DNA of 64,000 nt from Paramoeba atlantica. Its lineage: Eukaryota > Protista > Discosea. The stretch is from assembly GCA_977017575.1 (NCBI GenBank), contig CDRNVI010000152.1, forward strand, positions 1-64,000. The letters run 5' to 3'. Below are positions 1 to 14,256 of this stretch, piece after piece (position 1 is the stretch's first letter; the number at the start of each line of letters is the position of its first letter). Made by a program: the position numbers and the translations under genes. The notes beneath the pieces were generated by a model. The model was not told the origin of the DNA, did no database searches, and worked only from the letters and a program-made list of their open reading frames with translations.

Positions 1-468
1 AAATTCCTTAAAACTCAGTCCTTTTCAGATTCTTTGAGCCTCTCTTCTTTTGAATCTGTGATGGGGGATCATACTCCTTCAAACCTAGCAGCAGTTGGAG
101 AATTGAGTCAAATGGCTGGAAAAATCCTTCAGATTCTTGGTTGCCATGCCCATAAATGTGATCTTGTTGAAGAAGCTTTTTGAAAGGCTCTAATCAAAAA
201 TCTATCTTCTTGAGTTGAACAGATTGTTGATGATGATAATTTTGATTGTGGTGGTAGATCTGACTTATTGATGAAAGCTCCAACAAGAGTGAAAAATATT
301 CACTCTTCTTCACACTTTCTGTATCAACTTGAAAAACTTGCACTGACTTCATTAAACAAGTATGGGCATTCTAAAAAATTTCAGGTCTGGACAGCACAAC
401 ATAATTTTATCTACCACCACCTCAAACTTCTTCACTCAAATCAGTTTTTAGTTTATTCATACAATAGT
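1..468 (+). pseudogene. DDE transposase remnant, hAT/Mutator-type (D...CxxH segment), interrupted by stops
   Basis: Frame 1 reads ...VMGDHTPSNLAAVGELSQMAGKILQILGCHAHKCDLVEEAF*KAL..., a D-x-N..CxxH pattern typical of hAT/MULE transposases. In-frame TGA at 181-183 and 211-213. The frame continues into the 268..498 ORF. The 5' part lies outside the window. Confidence 0.45.
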
Positions 469-589
469 TTGACTTGTTATCAAGACTTACACTATTAGGA
501 AATGTTTGTGGAAAATTGTTTGCCTTCTTCCACTTGAACATTTGAAATAGAGAATAAACAAGAAATTATTAAAAGTGATTTTTTTAATA

Positions 590-3500
590 TTAATTTTCTT
601 ATAATTTCAATTTCTTAATTATGTTTCCATATTGAATAGAATGTTTTAATTTATTTTTTAATTTTATAATATATTTTAAATTTATTTTTTAATTTTATAA
701 TGTGTTTTCAATTTATTTTTCATTTTAAAAATATTTTTTAAGTTGGTTCAATCAAATTTCTTAATTGTTTTAAATTGATGTATTTGATTTATTTTTTATT
801 TTATTTTTTTCATATTATTTTTTTGTAATTTCAATTTCTTAATTATGTCTCCATATTGAATGCAATTTCCTAATTTATTTTCTGATTCTGTGATATTTTT
901 AGAACTTATATTTCAGATCTATGATATTTTTTAAGTTGGTTCAATCAAATTTCTTAATTGTTTTGAATTGATGTATTTAATTTATTTTTTATTTTCTTTT
1001 TTTCACATTAATTTTTTGTAATTTCAATTTCTTAATTATGTCTCCATATTGAATGCAATTTCCTAATTTATTTTCTGATTCTGTGATATTTTTAGAACTT
1101 ATATTTCAGATCTATGATATTTTTTAAGTTGGTTCAATAAAATTTCTTAATTGTTTTTGGTTGATGTATTTGATTTATTTTTTGTTTCATTTTTTTCATA
1201 TTATTTTTTTGTAATTTCAATTTCTTAATTATGTCTCTATATTGAATGCAATTCCTTAATTTATTTTCTGATTCTCTGATATTTTTAGAACTTATATTTC
1301 AGATCTATGATATTTTTTAAGTTGGTTCAATCAAATTTCTTAATTGTTTTGAATTGATGTATTTAATTTATTTTTTATTTTCTTTTTTTCACATTAATTT
1401 TTTGTAATTTCAATTTCTTAATTATGTCTCCATATTGAATGCAATTTCCTAATTTATTTTCTGATTCTGTGATATTTTTAGAACTTATATTTCAGATCTA
1501 TGATATTTTTTAAGTTGGTTCAATAAAATTTCTTAATTGTTTTTGGTTGATGTATTTGATTTATTTTTTGTTTCATTTTTTTCATATTATTTTTTTGTAA
1601 TTTCAATTTCTTAATTATGTCTCTATATTGAATGCAATTCCTTAATTTATTTTCTGATTCTCTGATATTTTTAGAACTTATATTTCAGATCTATGATATT
1701 TTTTAAGTTGGTTCAATCAAATTTCTTAATTGTTTTGAATTGATGTATTTAATTTATTTTTTATTTTCTTTTTTTCACATTAATTTTTTGTAATTTCAAT
1801 TTCTTAATTATGTCTCCATATTGAATGCAATTTCCTAATTTATTTTCTGATTCTGTGATATTTTTAGAACTTATATTTCAGATCTATGATATTTTTTAAG
1901 TTGGTTCAATAAAATTTCTTAATTGTTTTTGGTTGATGTATTTGATTTATTTTTTGTTTCATTTTTTTCATATTATTTTTTTGTAATTTCAATTTCTTAA
2001 TTATGTCTCTATATTGAATGCAATTCCTTAATTTATTTTCTGATTCTCTGATATTTTTAGAACTTATATTTCAGATCTATGATATTTTTTAAGTTGGTTC
2101 AATCAAATTTCTTAATTGTTTTGAATTGATGTATTTAATTTATTTTTTATTTTCTTTTTTTCACATTAATTTTTTGTAATTTCAATTTCTTAATTATGTC
2201 TCCATATTGAATGCAATTTCCTAATTTATTTTCTGATTCTGTGATATTTTTAGAACTTATATTTCAGATCTATGATATTTTTTAAGTTGGTTCAATAAAA
2301 TTTCTTAATTGTTTTTGGTTGATGTATTTGATTTATTTTTTGTTTCATTTTTTTCATATTATTTTTTTGTAATTTCAATTTCTTAATTATGTCTCTATAT
2401 TGAATGCAATTCCTTAATTTATTTTCTGATTCTCTGATATTTTTAGAACTTATATTTCAGATCTATGATATTTTTTAAGTTGGTTCAATCAAATTTCTTA
2501 ATTGTTTTGAATTGATGTATTTAATTTATTTTTTATTTTCTTTTTTTCACATTAATTTTTTGTAATTTCAATTTCTTAATTATGTCTCCATATTGAATGC
2601 AATTTCCTAATTTATTTTCTGATTCTGTGATATTTTTAGAACTTATATTTCAGATCTATGATATTTTTTAAGTTGGTTCAATAAAATTTCTTAATTGTTT
2701 TTGGTTGATGTATTTGATTTATTTTTTGTTTCATTTTTTTCATATTATTTTTTTGTAATTTCAATTTCTTAATTATGTCTCTATATTGAATGCAATTCCT
2801 TAATTTATTTTCTGATTCTCTGATATTTTTAGAACTTATATTTCAGATCTATGATATTTTTTAAGTTGGTTCAATCAAATTTCTTAATTGTTTTGAATTG
2901 ATGTATTTAATTTATTTTTTATTTTCTTTTTTTCACATTAATTTTTTGTAATTTCAATTTCTTAATTATGTCTCCATATTGAATGCAATTTCCTAATTTA
3001 TTTTCTGATTCTGTGATATTTTTAGAACTTATATTTCAGATCTATGATATTTTTTAAGTTGGTTCAATAAAATTTCTTAATTGTTTTTGGTTGATGTATT
3101 TGATTTATTTTTTGTTTCATTTTTTTCATATTATTTTTTTGTAATTTCAATTTCTTAATTATGTCTCTATATTGAATGCAATTCCTTAATTTATTTTCTG
3201 ATTCTCTGATATTTTTAGAACTTATATTTCAGATCTATGATATTTTTTAAGTTGGTTCAATCAAATTTCTTAATTGTTTTGAATTGATGTATTTAATTTA
3301 TTTTTTATTTTCTTTTTTTCACATTAATTTTTTGTAATTTCAATTTCTTAATTATGTCTCCATATTGAATGCAATTTCCTAATTTATTTTCTGATTCTGT
3401 GATATTTTTAGAACTTATATTTCAGATCTATGATATTTTTTAAGTTGGTTCAATAAAATTTCTTAATTGTTTTTGGTTGATGTATTTGATTTATTTTTTG

Positions 3501-6500
3501 TTTCATTTTTTTCATATTATTTTTTTGTAATTTCAATTTCTTAATTATGTCTCTATATTGAATGCAATTCCTTAATTTATTTTCTGATTCTCTGATATTT
3601 TTAGAACTTATATTTCAGATCTATGATATTTTTTAAGTTGGTTCAATCAAATTTCTTAATTGTTTTGAATTGATGTATTTAATTTATTTTTTATTTTCTT
3701 TTTTTCACATTAATTTTTTGTAATTTCAATTTCTTAATTATGTCTCCATATTGAATGCAATTTCCTAATTTATTTTCTGATTCTGTGATATTTTTAGAAC
3801 TTATATTTCAGATCTATGATATTTTTTAAGTTGGTTCAATAAAATTTCTTAATTGTTTTTGGTTGATGTATTTGATTTATTTTTTGTTTCATTTTTTTCA
3901 TATTATTTTTTTGTAATTTCAATTTCTTAATTATGTCTCTATATTGAATGCAATTCCTTAATTTATTTTCTGATTCTCTGATATTTTTAGAACTTATATT
4001 TCAGATCTATGATATTTTTTAAGTTGGTTCAATCAAATTTCTTAATTGTTTTGAATTGATGTATTTAATTTATTTTTTATTTTCTTTTTTTCACATTAAT
4101 TTTTTGTAATTTCAATTTCTTAATTATGTCTCCATATTGAATGCAATTTCCTAATTTATTTTCTGATTCTGTGATATTTTTAGAACTTATATTTCAGATC
4201 TATGATATTTTTTAAGTTGGTTCAATAAAATTTCTTAATTGTTTTTGGTTGATGTATTTGATTTATTTTTTGTTTCATTTTTTTCATATTATTTTTTTGT
4301 AATTTCAATTTCTTAATTATGTCTCTATATTGAATGCAATTCCTTAATTTATTTTCTGATTCTCTGATATTTTTAGAACTTATATTTCAGATCTATGATA
4401 TTTTTTAAGTTGGTTCAATCAAATTTCTTAATTGTTTTGAATTGATGTATTTAATTTATTTTTTATTTTCTTTTTTTCACATTAATTTTTTGTAATTTCA
4501 ATTTCTTAATTATGTCTCCATATTGAATGCAATTTCCTAATTTATTTTCTGATTCTGTGATATTTTTAGAACTTATATTTCAGATCTATGATATTTTTTA
4601 AGTTGGTTCAATAAAATTTCTTAATTGTTTTTGGTTGATGTATTTGATTTATTTTTTGTTTCATTTTTTTCATATTATTTTTTTGTAATTTCAATTTCTT
4701 AATTATGTCTCTATATTGAATGCAATTCCTTAATTTATTTTCTGATTCTCTGATATTTTTAGAACTTATATTTCAGATCTATGATATTTTTTAAGTTGGT
4801 TCAATCAAATTTCTTAATTGTTTTGAATTGATGTATTTAATTTATTTTTTATTTTCTTTTTTTCACATTAATTTTTTGTAATTTCAATTTCTTAATTATG
4901 TCTCCATATTGAATGCAATTTCCTAATTTATTTTCTGATTCTGTGATATTTTTAGAACTTATATTTCAGATCTATGATATTTTTTAAGTTGGTTCAATAA
5001 AATTTCTTAATTGTTTTTGGTTGATGTATTTGATTTATTTTTTGTTTCATTTTTTTCATATTATTTTTTTGTAATTTCAATTTCTTAATTATGTCTCTAT
5101 ATTGAATGCAATTCCTTAATTTATTTTCTGATTCTCTGATATTTTTAGAACTTATATTTCAGATCTATGATATTTTTTAAGTTGGTTCAATCAAATTTCT
5201 TAATTGTTTTGAATTGATGTATTTAATTTATTTTTTATTTTCTTTTTTTCACATTAATTTTTTGTAATTTCAATTTCTTAATTATGTCTCCATATTGAAT
5301 GCAATTTCCTAATTTATTTTCTGATTCTGTGATATTTTTAGAACTTATATTTCAGATCTATGATATTTTTTAAGTTGGTTCAATAAAATTTCTTAATTGT
5401 TTTTGGTTGATGTATTTGATTTATTTTTTGTTTCATTTTTTTCATATTATTTTTTTGTAATTTCAATTTCTTAATTATGTCTCTATATTGAATGCAATTC
5501 CTTAATTTATTTTCTGATTCTCTGATATTTTTAGAACTTATATTTCAGATCTATGATATTTTTTAAGTTGGTTCAATCAAATTTCTTAATTGTTTTGAAT
5601 TGATGTATTTAATTTATTTTTTATTTTCTTTTTTTCACATTAATTTTTTGTAATTTCAATTTCTTAATTATGTCTCCATATTGAATGCAATTTCCTAATT
5701 TATTTTCTGATTCTGTGATATTTTTAGAACTTATATTTCAGATCTATGATATTTTTTAAGTTGGTTCAATAAAATTTCTTAATTGTTTTTGGTTGATGTA
5801 TTTGATTTATTTTTTGTTTCATTTTTTTCATATTATTTTTTTGTAATTTCAATTTCTTAATTATGTCTCTATATTGAATGCAATTCCTTAATTTATTTTC
5901 TGATTCTCTGATATTTTTAGAACTTATATTTCAGATCTATGATATTTTTTAAGTTGGTTCAATCAAATTTCTTAATTGTTTTGAATTGATGTATTTAATT
6001 TATTTTTTATTTTCTTTTTTTCACATTAATTTTTTGTAATTTCAATTTCTTAATTATGTCTCCATATTGAATGCAATTTCCTAATTTATTTTCTGATTCT
6101 GTGATATTTTTAGAACTTATATTTCAGATCTATGATATTTTTTAAGTTGGTTCAATAAAATTTCTTAATTGTTTTTGGTTGATGTATTTGATTTATTTTT
6201 TGTTTCATTTTTTTCATATTATTTTTTTGTAATTTCAATTTCTTAATTATGTCTCTATATTGAATGCAATTCCTTAATTTATTTTCTGATTCTCTGATAT
6301 TTTTAGAACTTATATTTCAGATCTATGATATTTTTTAAGTTGGTTCAATCAAATTTCTTAATTGTTTTGAATTGATGTATTTAATTTATTTTTTATTTTC
6401 TTTTTTTCACATTAATTTTTTGTAATTTCAATTTCTTAATTATGTCTCCATATTGAATGCAATTTCCTAATTTATTTTCTGATTCTGTGATATTTTTAGA

Positions 6501-9500
6501 ACTTATATTTCAGATCTATGATATTTTTTAAGTTGGTTCAATAAAATTTCTTAATTGTTTTTGGTTGATGTATTTGATTTATTTTTTGTTTCATTTTTTT
6601 CATATTATTTTTTTGTAATTTCAATTTCTTAATTATGTCTCTATATTGAATGCAATTCCTTAATTTATTTTCTGATTCTCTGATATTTTTAGAACTTATA
6701 TTTCAGATCTATGATATTTTTTAAGTTGGTTCAATCAAATTTCTTAATTGTTTTGAATTGATGTATTTAATTTATTTTTTATTTTCTTTTTTTCACATTA
6801 ATTTTTTGTAATTTCAATTTCTTAATTATGTCTCCATATTGAATGCAATTTCCTAATTTATTTTCTGATTCTGTGATATTTTTAGAACTTATATTTCAGA
6901 TCTATGATATTTTTTAAGTTGGTTCAATAAAATTTCTTAATTGTTTTTGGTTGATGTATTTGATTTATTTTTTGTTTCATTTTTTTCATATTATTTTTTT
7001 GTAATTTCAATTTCTTAATTATGTCTCTATATTGAATGCAATTCCTTAATTTATTTTCTGATTCTCTGATATTTTTAGAACTTATATTTCAGATCTATGA
7101 TATTTTTTAAGTTGGTTCAATCAAATTTCTTAATTGTTTTGAATTGATGTATTTAATTTATTTTTTATTTTCTTTTTTTCACATTAATTTTTTGTAATTT
7201 CAATTTCTTAATTATGTCTCCATATTGAATGCAATTTCCTAATTTATTTTCTGATTCTGTGATATTTTTAGAACTTATATTTCAGATCTATGATATTTTT
7301 TAAGTTGGTTCAATAAAATTTCTTAATTGTTTTTGGTTGATGTATTTGATTTATTTTTTGTTTCATTTTTTTCATATTATTTTTTTGTAATTTCAATTTC
7401 TTAATTATGTCTCTATATTGAATGCAATTCCTTAATTTATTTTCTGATTCTCTGATATTTTTAGAACTTATATTTCAGATCTATGATATTTTTTAAGTTG
7501 GTTCAATCAAATTTCTTAATTGTTTTGAATTGATGTATTTAATTTATTTTTTATTTTCTTTTTTTCACATTAATTTTTTGTAATTTCAATTTCTTAATTA
7601 TGTCTCCATATTGAATGCAATTTCCTAATTTATTTTCTGATTCTGTGATATTTTTAGAACTTATATTTCAGATCTATGATATTTTTTAAGTTGGTTCAAT
7701 AAAATTTCTTAATTGTTTTTGGTTGATGTATTTGATTTATTTTTTGTTTCATTTTTTTCATATTATTTTTTTGTAATTTCAATTTCTTAATTATGTCTCT
7801 ATATTGAATGCAATTCCTTAATTTATTTTCTGATTCTCTGATATTTTTAGAACTTATATTTCAGATCTATGATATTTTTTAAGTTGGTTCAATCAAATTT
7901 CTTAATTGTTTTGAATTGATGTATTTAATTTATTTTTTATTTTCTTTTTTTCACATTAATTTTTTGTAATTTCAATTTCTTAATTATGTCTCCATATTGA
8001 ATGCAATTTCCTAATTTATTTTCTGATTCTGTGATATTTTTAGAACTTATATTTCAGATCTATGATATTTTTTAAGTTGGTTCAATAAAATTTCTTAATT
8101 GTTTTTGGTTGATGTATTTGATTTATTTTTTGTTTCATTTTTTTCATATTATTTTTTTGTAATTTCAATTTCTTAATTATGTCTCTATATTGAATGCAAT
8201 TCCTTAATTTATTTTCTGATTCTCTGATATTTTTAGAACTTATATTTCAGATCTATGATATTTTTTAAGTTGGTTCAATCAAATTTCTTAATTGTTTTGA
8301 ATTGATGTATTTAATTTATTTTTTATTTTCTTTTTTTCACATTAATTTTTTGTAATTTCAATTTCTTAATTATGTCTCCATATTGAATGCAATTTCCTAA
8401 TTTATTTTCTGATTCTGTGATATTTTTAGAACTTATATTTCAGATCTATGATATTTTTTAAGTTGGTTCAATAAAATTTCTTAATTGTTTTTGGTTGATG
8501 TATTTGATTTATTTTTTGTTTCATTTTTTTCATATTATTTTTTTGTAATTTCAATTTCTTAATTATGTCTCTATATTGAATGCAATTCCTTAATTTATTT
8601 TCTGATTCTCTGATATTTTTAGAACTTATATTTCAGATCTATGATATTTTTTAAGTTGGTTCAATCAAATTTCTTAATTGTTTTGAATTGATGTATTTAA
8701 TTTATTTTTTATTTTCTTTTTTTCACATTAATTTTTTGTAATTTCAATTTCTTAATTATGTCTCCATATTGAATGCAATTTCCTAATTTATTTTCTGATT
8801 CTGTGATATTTTTAGAACTTATATTTCAGATCTATGATATTTTTTAAGTTGGTTCAATAAAATTTCTTAATTGTTTTTGGTTGATGTATTTGATTTATTT
8901 TTTGTTTCATTTTTTTCATATTATTTTTTTGTAATTTCAATTTCTTAATTATGTCTCTATATTGAATGCAATTCCTTAATTTATTTTCTGATTCTCTGAT
9001 ATTTTTAGAACTTATATTTCAGATCTATGATATTTTTTAAGTTGGTTCAATCAAATTTCTTAATTGTTTTGAATTGATGTATTTAATTTATTTTTTATTT
9101 TCTTTTTTTCACATTAATTTTTTGTAATTTCAATTTCTTAATTATGTCTCCATATTGAATGCAATTTCCTAATTTATTTTCTGATTCTGTGATATTTTTA
9201 GAACTTATATTTCAGATCTATGATATTTTTTAAGTTGGTTCAATAAAATTTCTTAATTGTTTTTGGTTGATGTATTTGATTTATTTTTTGTTTCATTTTT
9301 TTCATATTATTTTTTTGTAATTTCAATTTCTTAATTATGTCTCTATATTGAATGCAATTCCTTAATTTATTTTCTGATTCTCTGATATTTTTAGAACTTA
9401 TATTTCAGATCTATGATATTTTTTAAGTTGGTTCAATCAAATTTCTTAATTGTTTTGAATTGATGTATTTAATTTATTTTTTATTTTCTTTTTTTCACAT

Positions 9501-10266
9501 TAATTTTTTGTAATTTCAATTTCTTAATTATGTCTCCATATTGAATGCAATTTCCTAATTTATTTTCTGATTCTGTGATATTTTTAGAACTTATATTTCA
9601 GATCTATGATATTTTTTAAGTTGGTTCAATAAAATTTCTTAATTGTTTTTGGTTGATGTATTTGATTTATTTTTTGTTTCATTTTTTTCATATTATTTTT
9701 TTGTAATTTCAATTTCTTAATTATGTCTCTATATTGAATGCAATTCCTTAATTTATTTTCTGATTCTCTGATATTTTTAGAACTTATATTTCAGATCTAT
9801 GATATTTTTTAAGTTGGTTCAATCAAATTTCTTAATTGTTTTGAATTGATGTATTTAATTTATTTTTTATTTTCTTTTTTTCACATTAATTTTTTGTAAT
9901 TTCAATTTCTTAATTATGTCTCCATATTGAATGCAATTTCCTAATTTATTTTCTGATTCTGTGATATTTTTAGAACTTATATTTCAGATCTATGATATTT
10001 TTTAAGTTGGTTCAATAAAATTTCTTAATTGTTTTTGGTTGATGTATTTGATTTATTTTTTGTTTCATTTTTTTCATATTATTTTTTTGTAATTTCAATT
10101 TCTTAATTATGTCTCTATATTGAATGCAATTCCTTAATTTATTTTCTGATTCTCTGATATTTTTAGAACTTATATTTCAGATCTATGATATTTTTTAAGT
10201 TGGTTCAATCAAATTTCTTAATTGTTTTGAATTGATGTATTTAATTTATTTTTTATTTTCTTTTTT
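590..10266. repeat. AT-rich tandem satellite: 193-bp monomers alternating as A/B variants, 386-bp higher-order repeat, about 24 units
   Basis: ATTTCAATTTCTTAATTATGTCTC recurs at 828, 1021, 1214, 1407, 1793 (193-bp step), and exact identity recurs every 386 bp. A/B diagnostics include CTCCAT/CTCTAT, CTGTGAT/CTCTGAT, CAATAA/CAATCA and TTGGTTG/GAATTG. Diverged partial monomers occur at about 590-830. Confidence 0.97.
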
Positions 10267-11799
10267 ATCAAAAATTTTTTTCTCTTTTTTGAATATTTAA
10301 AATCTTATTTTTTTCAAAAATATAAAAATCAAATTGAGAAAAATATTTTTATTTTTAGCCAAATAAAGAAAATTAGTTTTGTTTCTGAAATTGATTTTAG
10401 TTTTTTGTTTGTTTTTGTTGGTTTTTGTTTAATTGCTTCATTTCACCTAAATTCCTTTTCAAGAATTTATTATCTTCTTTTTTAAAAAAAAAAAAATCTT
10501 TTATCTTTCTTGTTAAAGTAATTTCATTGTAAAATTTAAAACTTTTAGTTCATGAATACATTCTTTTTTATGAAACCTTTGAATGAGAAAAGTTGACTCT
10601 TTGTTAAACTTTAATTAAGTAATGTTATTGTTTTTATGAAAAATTGATTTTTAATAATTCAAATGAAAAAGAATGAATAAAAACTTTCACAACTATAAGT
10701 TGTTTTTTTCAAATTGACTAACAACAAAACAGAAAACTTTTCAAAACCTAGGGTAATCTGCTTTTTGGAGTGAAATCAAAGATATGAAAACACTTTACAA
10801 AGATTGAACCTTCTCAAATTGATAAAATTGTTAAGTATGTGTAAAAATGTAATGGAAACCAAGTTTCATTGATCCAAACCACCTTCAAAGATTGGATTAA
10901 TACCACTTTCTCAAAAGCAATCTTTTTCACCTGAATTTATTTCTTTGTTTAGAGTGAAAAACAACTTTTTCTTATTGATTCAGAGTCATTTGAGGTAGAG
11001 AGGTGCAGTTTGTTTGAGGAAAAGCTGAAACAAAATACAAAAAAATTGTAAGAAAAAATTGATGCTACTCACTCTCAATTGATCATAAATATTAATGAAA
11101 CTGATTTTAATTGCAAAAAAGATACTGAAAAACTCAAAGTTGTTTTAATATATAATTGCTCCTATATATATTGTTCCTCTTGAAATGAATTCTATATCAC
11201 TTTAATACTTATAGTTGGTATTATTGGATGGAGTCTTTCAATTTTTGCAACTATCAAAACAATATTCTTTGTTTTAGACTTAAAGGTGATGTATAATTTC
11301 TCAGTAAATGAGTAGTATTATATAATATTATTTTCATCATCAAATATCAATAATAAGTTATTTTCTTATTAAATTGATAAAATTTTTGTTCTAAAAGTAA
11401 TTATAAGATGTTGATTTTTAGAGTTCAAAGATAATACCAAAACTCTTCTTATCTTAAATAGTTGTTTTGTTTATAGTGTTGCAAATTTTCAAGCCTTAAC
11501 TTGTAATTTCACAAAGTAATTCATTTAAAGCATAATTTTTTCTAGTATGGGTTTTGAACATTGTCTTGGTAAGAATTATACAATCTTCAACAATCACAAT
11601 CTTTTTTATCATTGATCTAATACTTTGTATCCCTTTTAAGTAGTCTATAAATTCACCAATATTGTTAAAGCTAAGAGAAATGGTTTCAAACCCACCACAT
11701 ATTTCTCTCTCTTTCCTGAAAACTGCAAAATCTGCACCCCCCAGATGAAGGCCTGTATATCTTGAATCATTATAAAACATTTAAAAGCTTTTGAATTTA

Positions 11800-13148
11800 A
11801 AGTTTTTCTTCTTTTTAGGTTCTTTTTTGATTTGAGTTCTTGGAGGCTAAAGAAGGATTTTATTCTTTCTCAGGATTTTTCTAACAATTTTTATAGTAAA
11901 CTAAACTAATTTAGTTTCTTCTGCACACACTATGAGCCACAAACTTAGTAAGGCAGCACTCACCACAGAGGTTTCTTGTCTAGTAAAATACTTTGAGACA
12001 AGACCACATACATTTTTAGTTTCTTGCCAATTGAGTACTTTCAGCAAAATACATTTCCTTCCTCTTGCTTGAAGAAAACCCTCAACCACAAAGCATTTTT
12101 CCAGTAGATGAGATTATAACTCCTTTTCTCAGTGGCAGAGGCAACAACTTGAATCTTGGTTTGAGAAGTGAAACAACTTGTTTCTTGTAGATAGTTCTTT
12201 TATTAGAAATTTAAGTAAATTCTTCTTAAACTGAGGTTTAATTGCATGAACCAAGTTGTACACCACATACTCAGCTCTTCTTTTCCCCACATACAAGTCT
12301 TTGATTTCAATTGAAATCATTTGAGACATATTGGTATATGTAACACAAGTGGCCTGGCCAAACACAACTTTGGAAGAAAGGCTTTGGGCTGCAATGAAAG
12401 CATTCTTCCACATGGCTTCAATGGAGAGAGGATTCTAATAATCACTCTTCATTGGTGGACAAGAGGTGAAAAGAGCCCAATTAAAAACAATAGGGTGATG
12501 TAGTTGAGGATTTGAGTCCAAAGAGGATAGCATAAAGTAAGAACAGAGGTTTTAGTGATGGCATAGGCACCCAGGGCTGAGCAAATGGATTTCCACATCA
12601 AAGAGGTGATAGATTTTAGGATCAACTTGAATCTCACTAAGTATTCCATACATGGAGTTAGATAGATATTGACCATCCTCACTCTTGAGTAAAAATTCCC
12701 ACCTCTCTTTTTAATTGCTGTTCCAACTTTCTTCATCTTTTGGACCACCTTCTCTCAATCTTTGAGAGAAGATAACCATTTATTCAATCTCACTCCCAGT
12801 TTCATTACCACAGTAATTGAGTCTTGCCATCTCAGACCAGGGGCCTACTGGTTTGTAAGACTCAGTTGAGAGGACAAAGCACTTATTAAAGTTCAGTTTA
12901 GCTTCAGTTGCTTCTTTATATTTCTTAAAGGTTGGAGTGAGAGAATTGATGGTTTCAACTCTCTGAAGCACTATCCCCAAATCATCCATAAAGCCTGACA
13001 GATCTTGGAGGTTGTGTTTCTTCTTCAAACTCACAAGGAGGATGTCAAACACAATCACAAACAATAGAAGGGAGATTGGGCATCTTTGTCTAACTCCTGT
13101 CCAGCTTTGGATTGATTCTTTGGTGCCTGCCCTTTTGGATTCACTAAT
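11800..13148 (-). mobile_element. Non-LTR retrotransposon (LINE, L1/Tx1-like) ORF2 3' part, decayed
   Basis: Fragments GTKESIQSWTGVRQRCPISLLLF (GVRQGCPLSPLLF motif), GFMDDL (YxDD) and LNFNKC, then a C-terminal FL..L.TR..L....C.LC zinc-finger-like segment (12129..12413). Stops and frameshifts are present. Confidence 0.85.
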
Positions 13149-14256
13149 CACTTTGGGACAAAAAAATTTCTTGGGAGAGAACATAGCCAGAGGTCAACCT
13201 GCATTTTTTGGCTCTGAAACACGACTGTGGAAGTGATGTGGCAAAGTGGATAGGCAAAAAAGACCCCAAAAAAACGCGGAAAGGCGAAAAGATATGAACC
13301 CAATTGCCAAAAAGGATGATAATTGGGTTCTTTTTCACTCAAAATTTTTGGGTGGGATCAAGATGGCGTGGGAGAGGAGGAGGTGTTCTTTTTCAACTTC
13401 TCGAAATGGAAAACAAACTGATGATCGAAGATACTTGGGAGACTGAAGAATATCTCCATTTGATTCAGAAAGAGCAAAACACTTCAAATAGAAGAAAAAA
13501 AGCGAAAAAAATAGCAGGACCTGGTGGAAACAAACAAGACGAGATGACAATGCTGATGAATGAACAAATGGTTCATTGTGTTCTGGCACAAAGAATCCCA
13601 AAGACCCTCGAAAAATTGGTAAAAAACACTCTCATGAGTTTTTTTTTTTTCTAAAGATTCTTTTTTTCACTCACACACAAAATTCTTTTAGTGGAGGGGA
13701 AAAGGTTGAAAACATTGGTGCTCTCGCCGGGTTTTCATTCAACATTTCCCTGAGGCCCTCTTTTTCTTTTTGGTCGATAATAACGTTACCAAAACCAAAA
13801 CAAATCGAAAAACTGGGAAGAAAGAATTTTGGGGACAACTTGATCTCCCTTCACAAATCCGAAAGAAGTTGGGGGTCATTGCCTACCAGAAAATTTTTCG
13901 GGATGGGTCCACTGCAACAGTGACTGGCCCTGTGAAAATCAAATTTTCACAGGAAAAAAAATTGTTGTCGATTTCTTATGGCTATTTTCTTCAAAACCAA
14001 GATGGAAGGCCAGCAAGGGGGATGGCTGAAAACTGGAAACTCCCAGTAGTTGCCCCAGTTGTTGTTGTGAAAGAGGAGGCTCTCGACAAATAGTGAAAAA
14101 TAAATTATTTTTTTTATCCGAGGCACCGCCTTTTTTTTTTTTTTTTCTCTTGAGAAAAGACCAAAAAACAAAGCAGCTGCTTTGTTTCGTGACCCACTGA
14201 AGAAGAAGAAAAAGGAGGAAAAGACAGGGTTGTGTGTTGTGTTGTGTTGTGTTCAA

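Noticed and set aside
828-10266. CRISPR-like or telomeric array
   Set aside because: There are no unique spacers and no short G-rich unit; it is a head-to-tail 193/386-bp satellite.
10680-11780. Decayed coding-like DNA including ORF 11496..11780, possibly viral
   Set aside because: No recognisable motif and multiple stops, so it cannot be assigned without a search.
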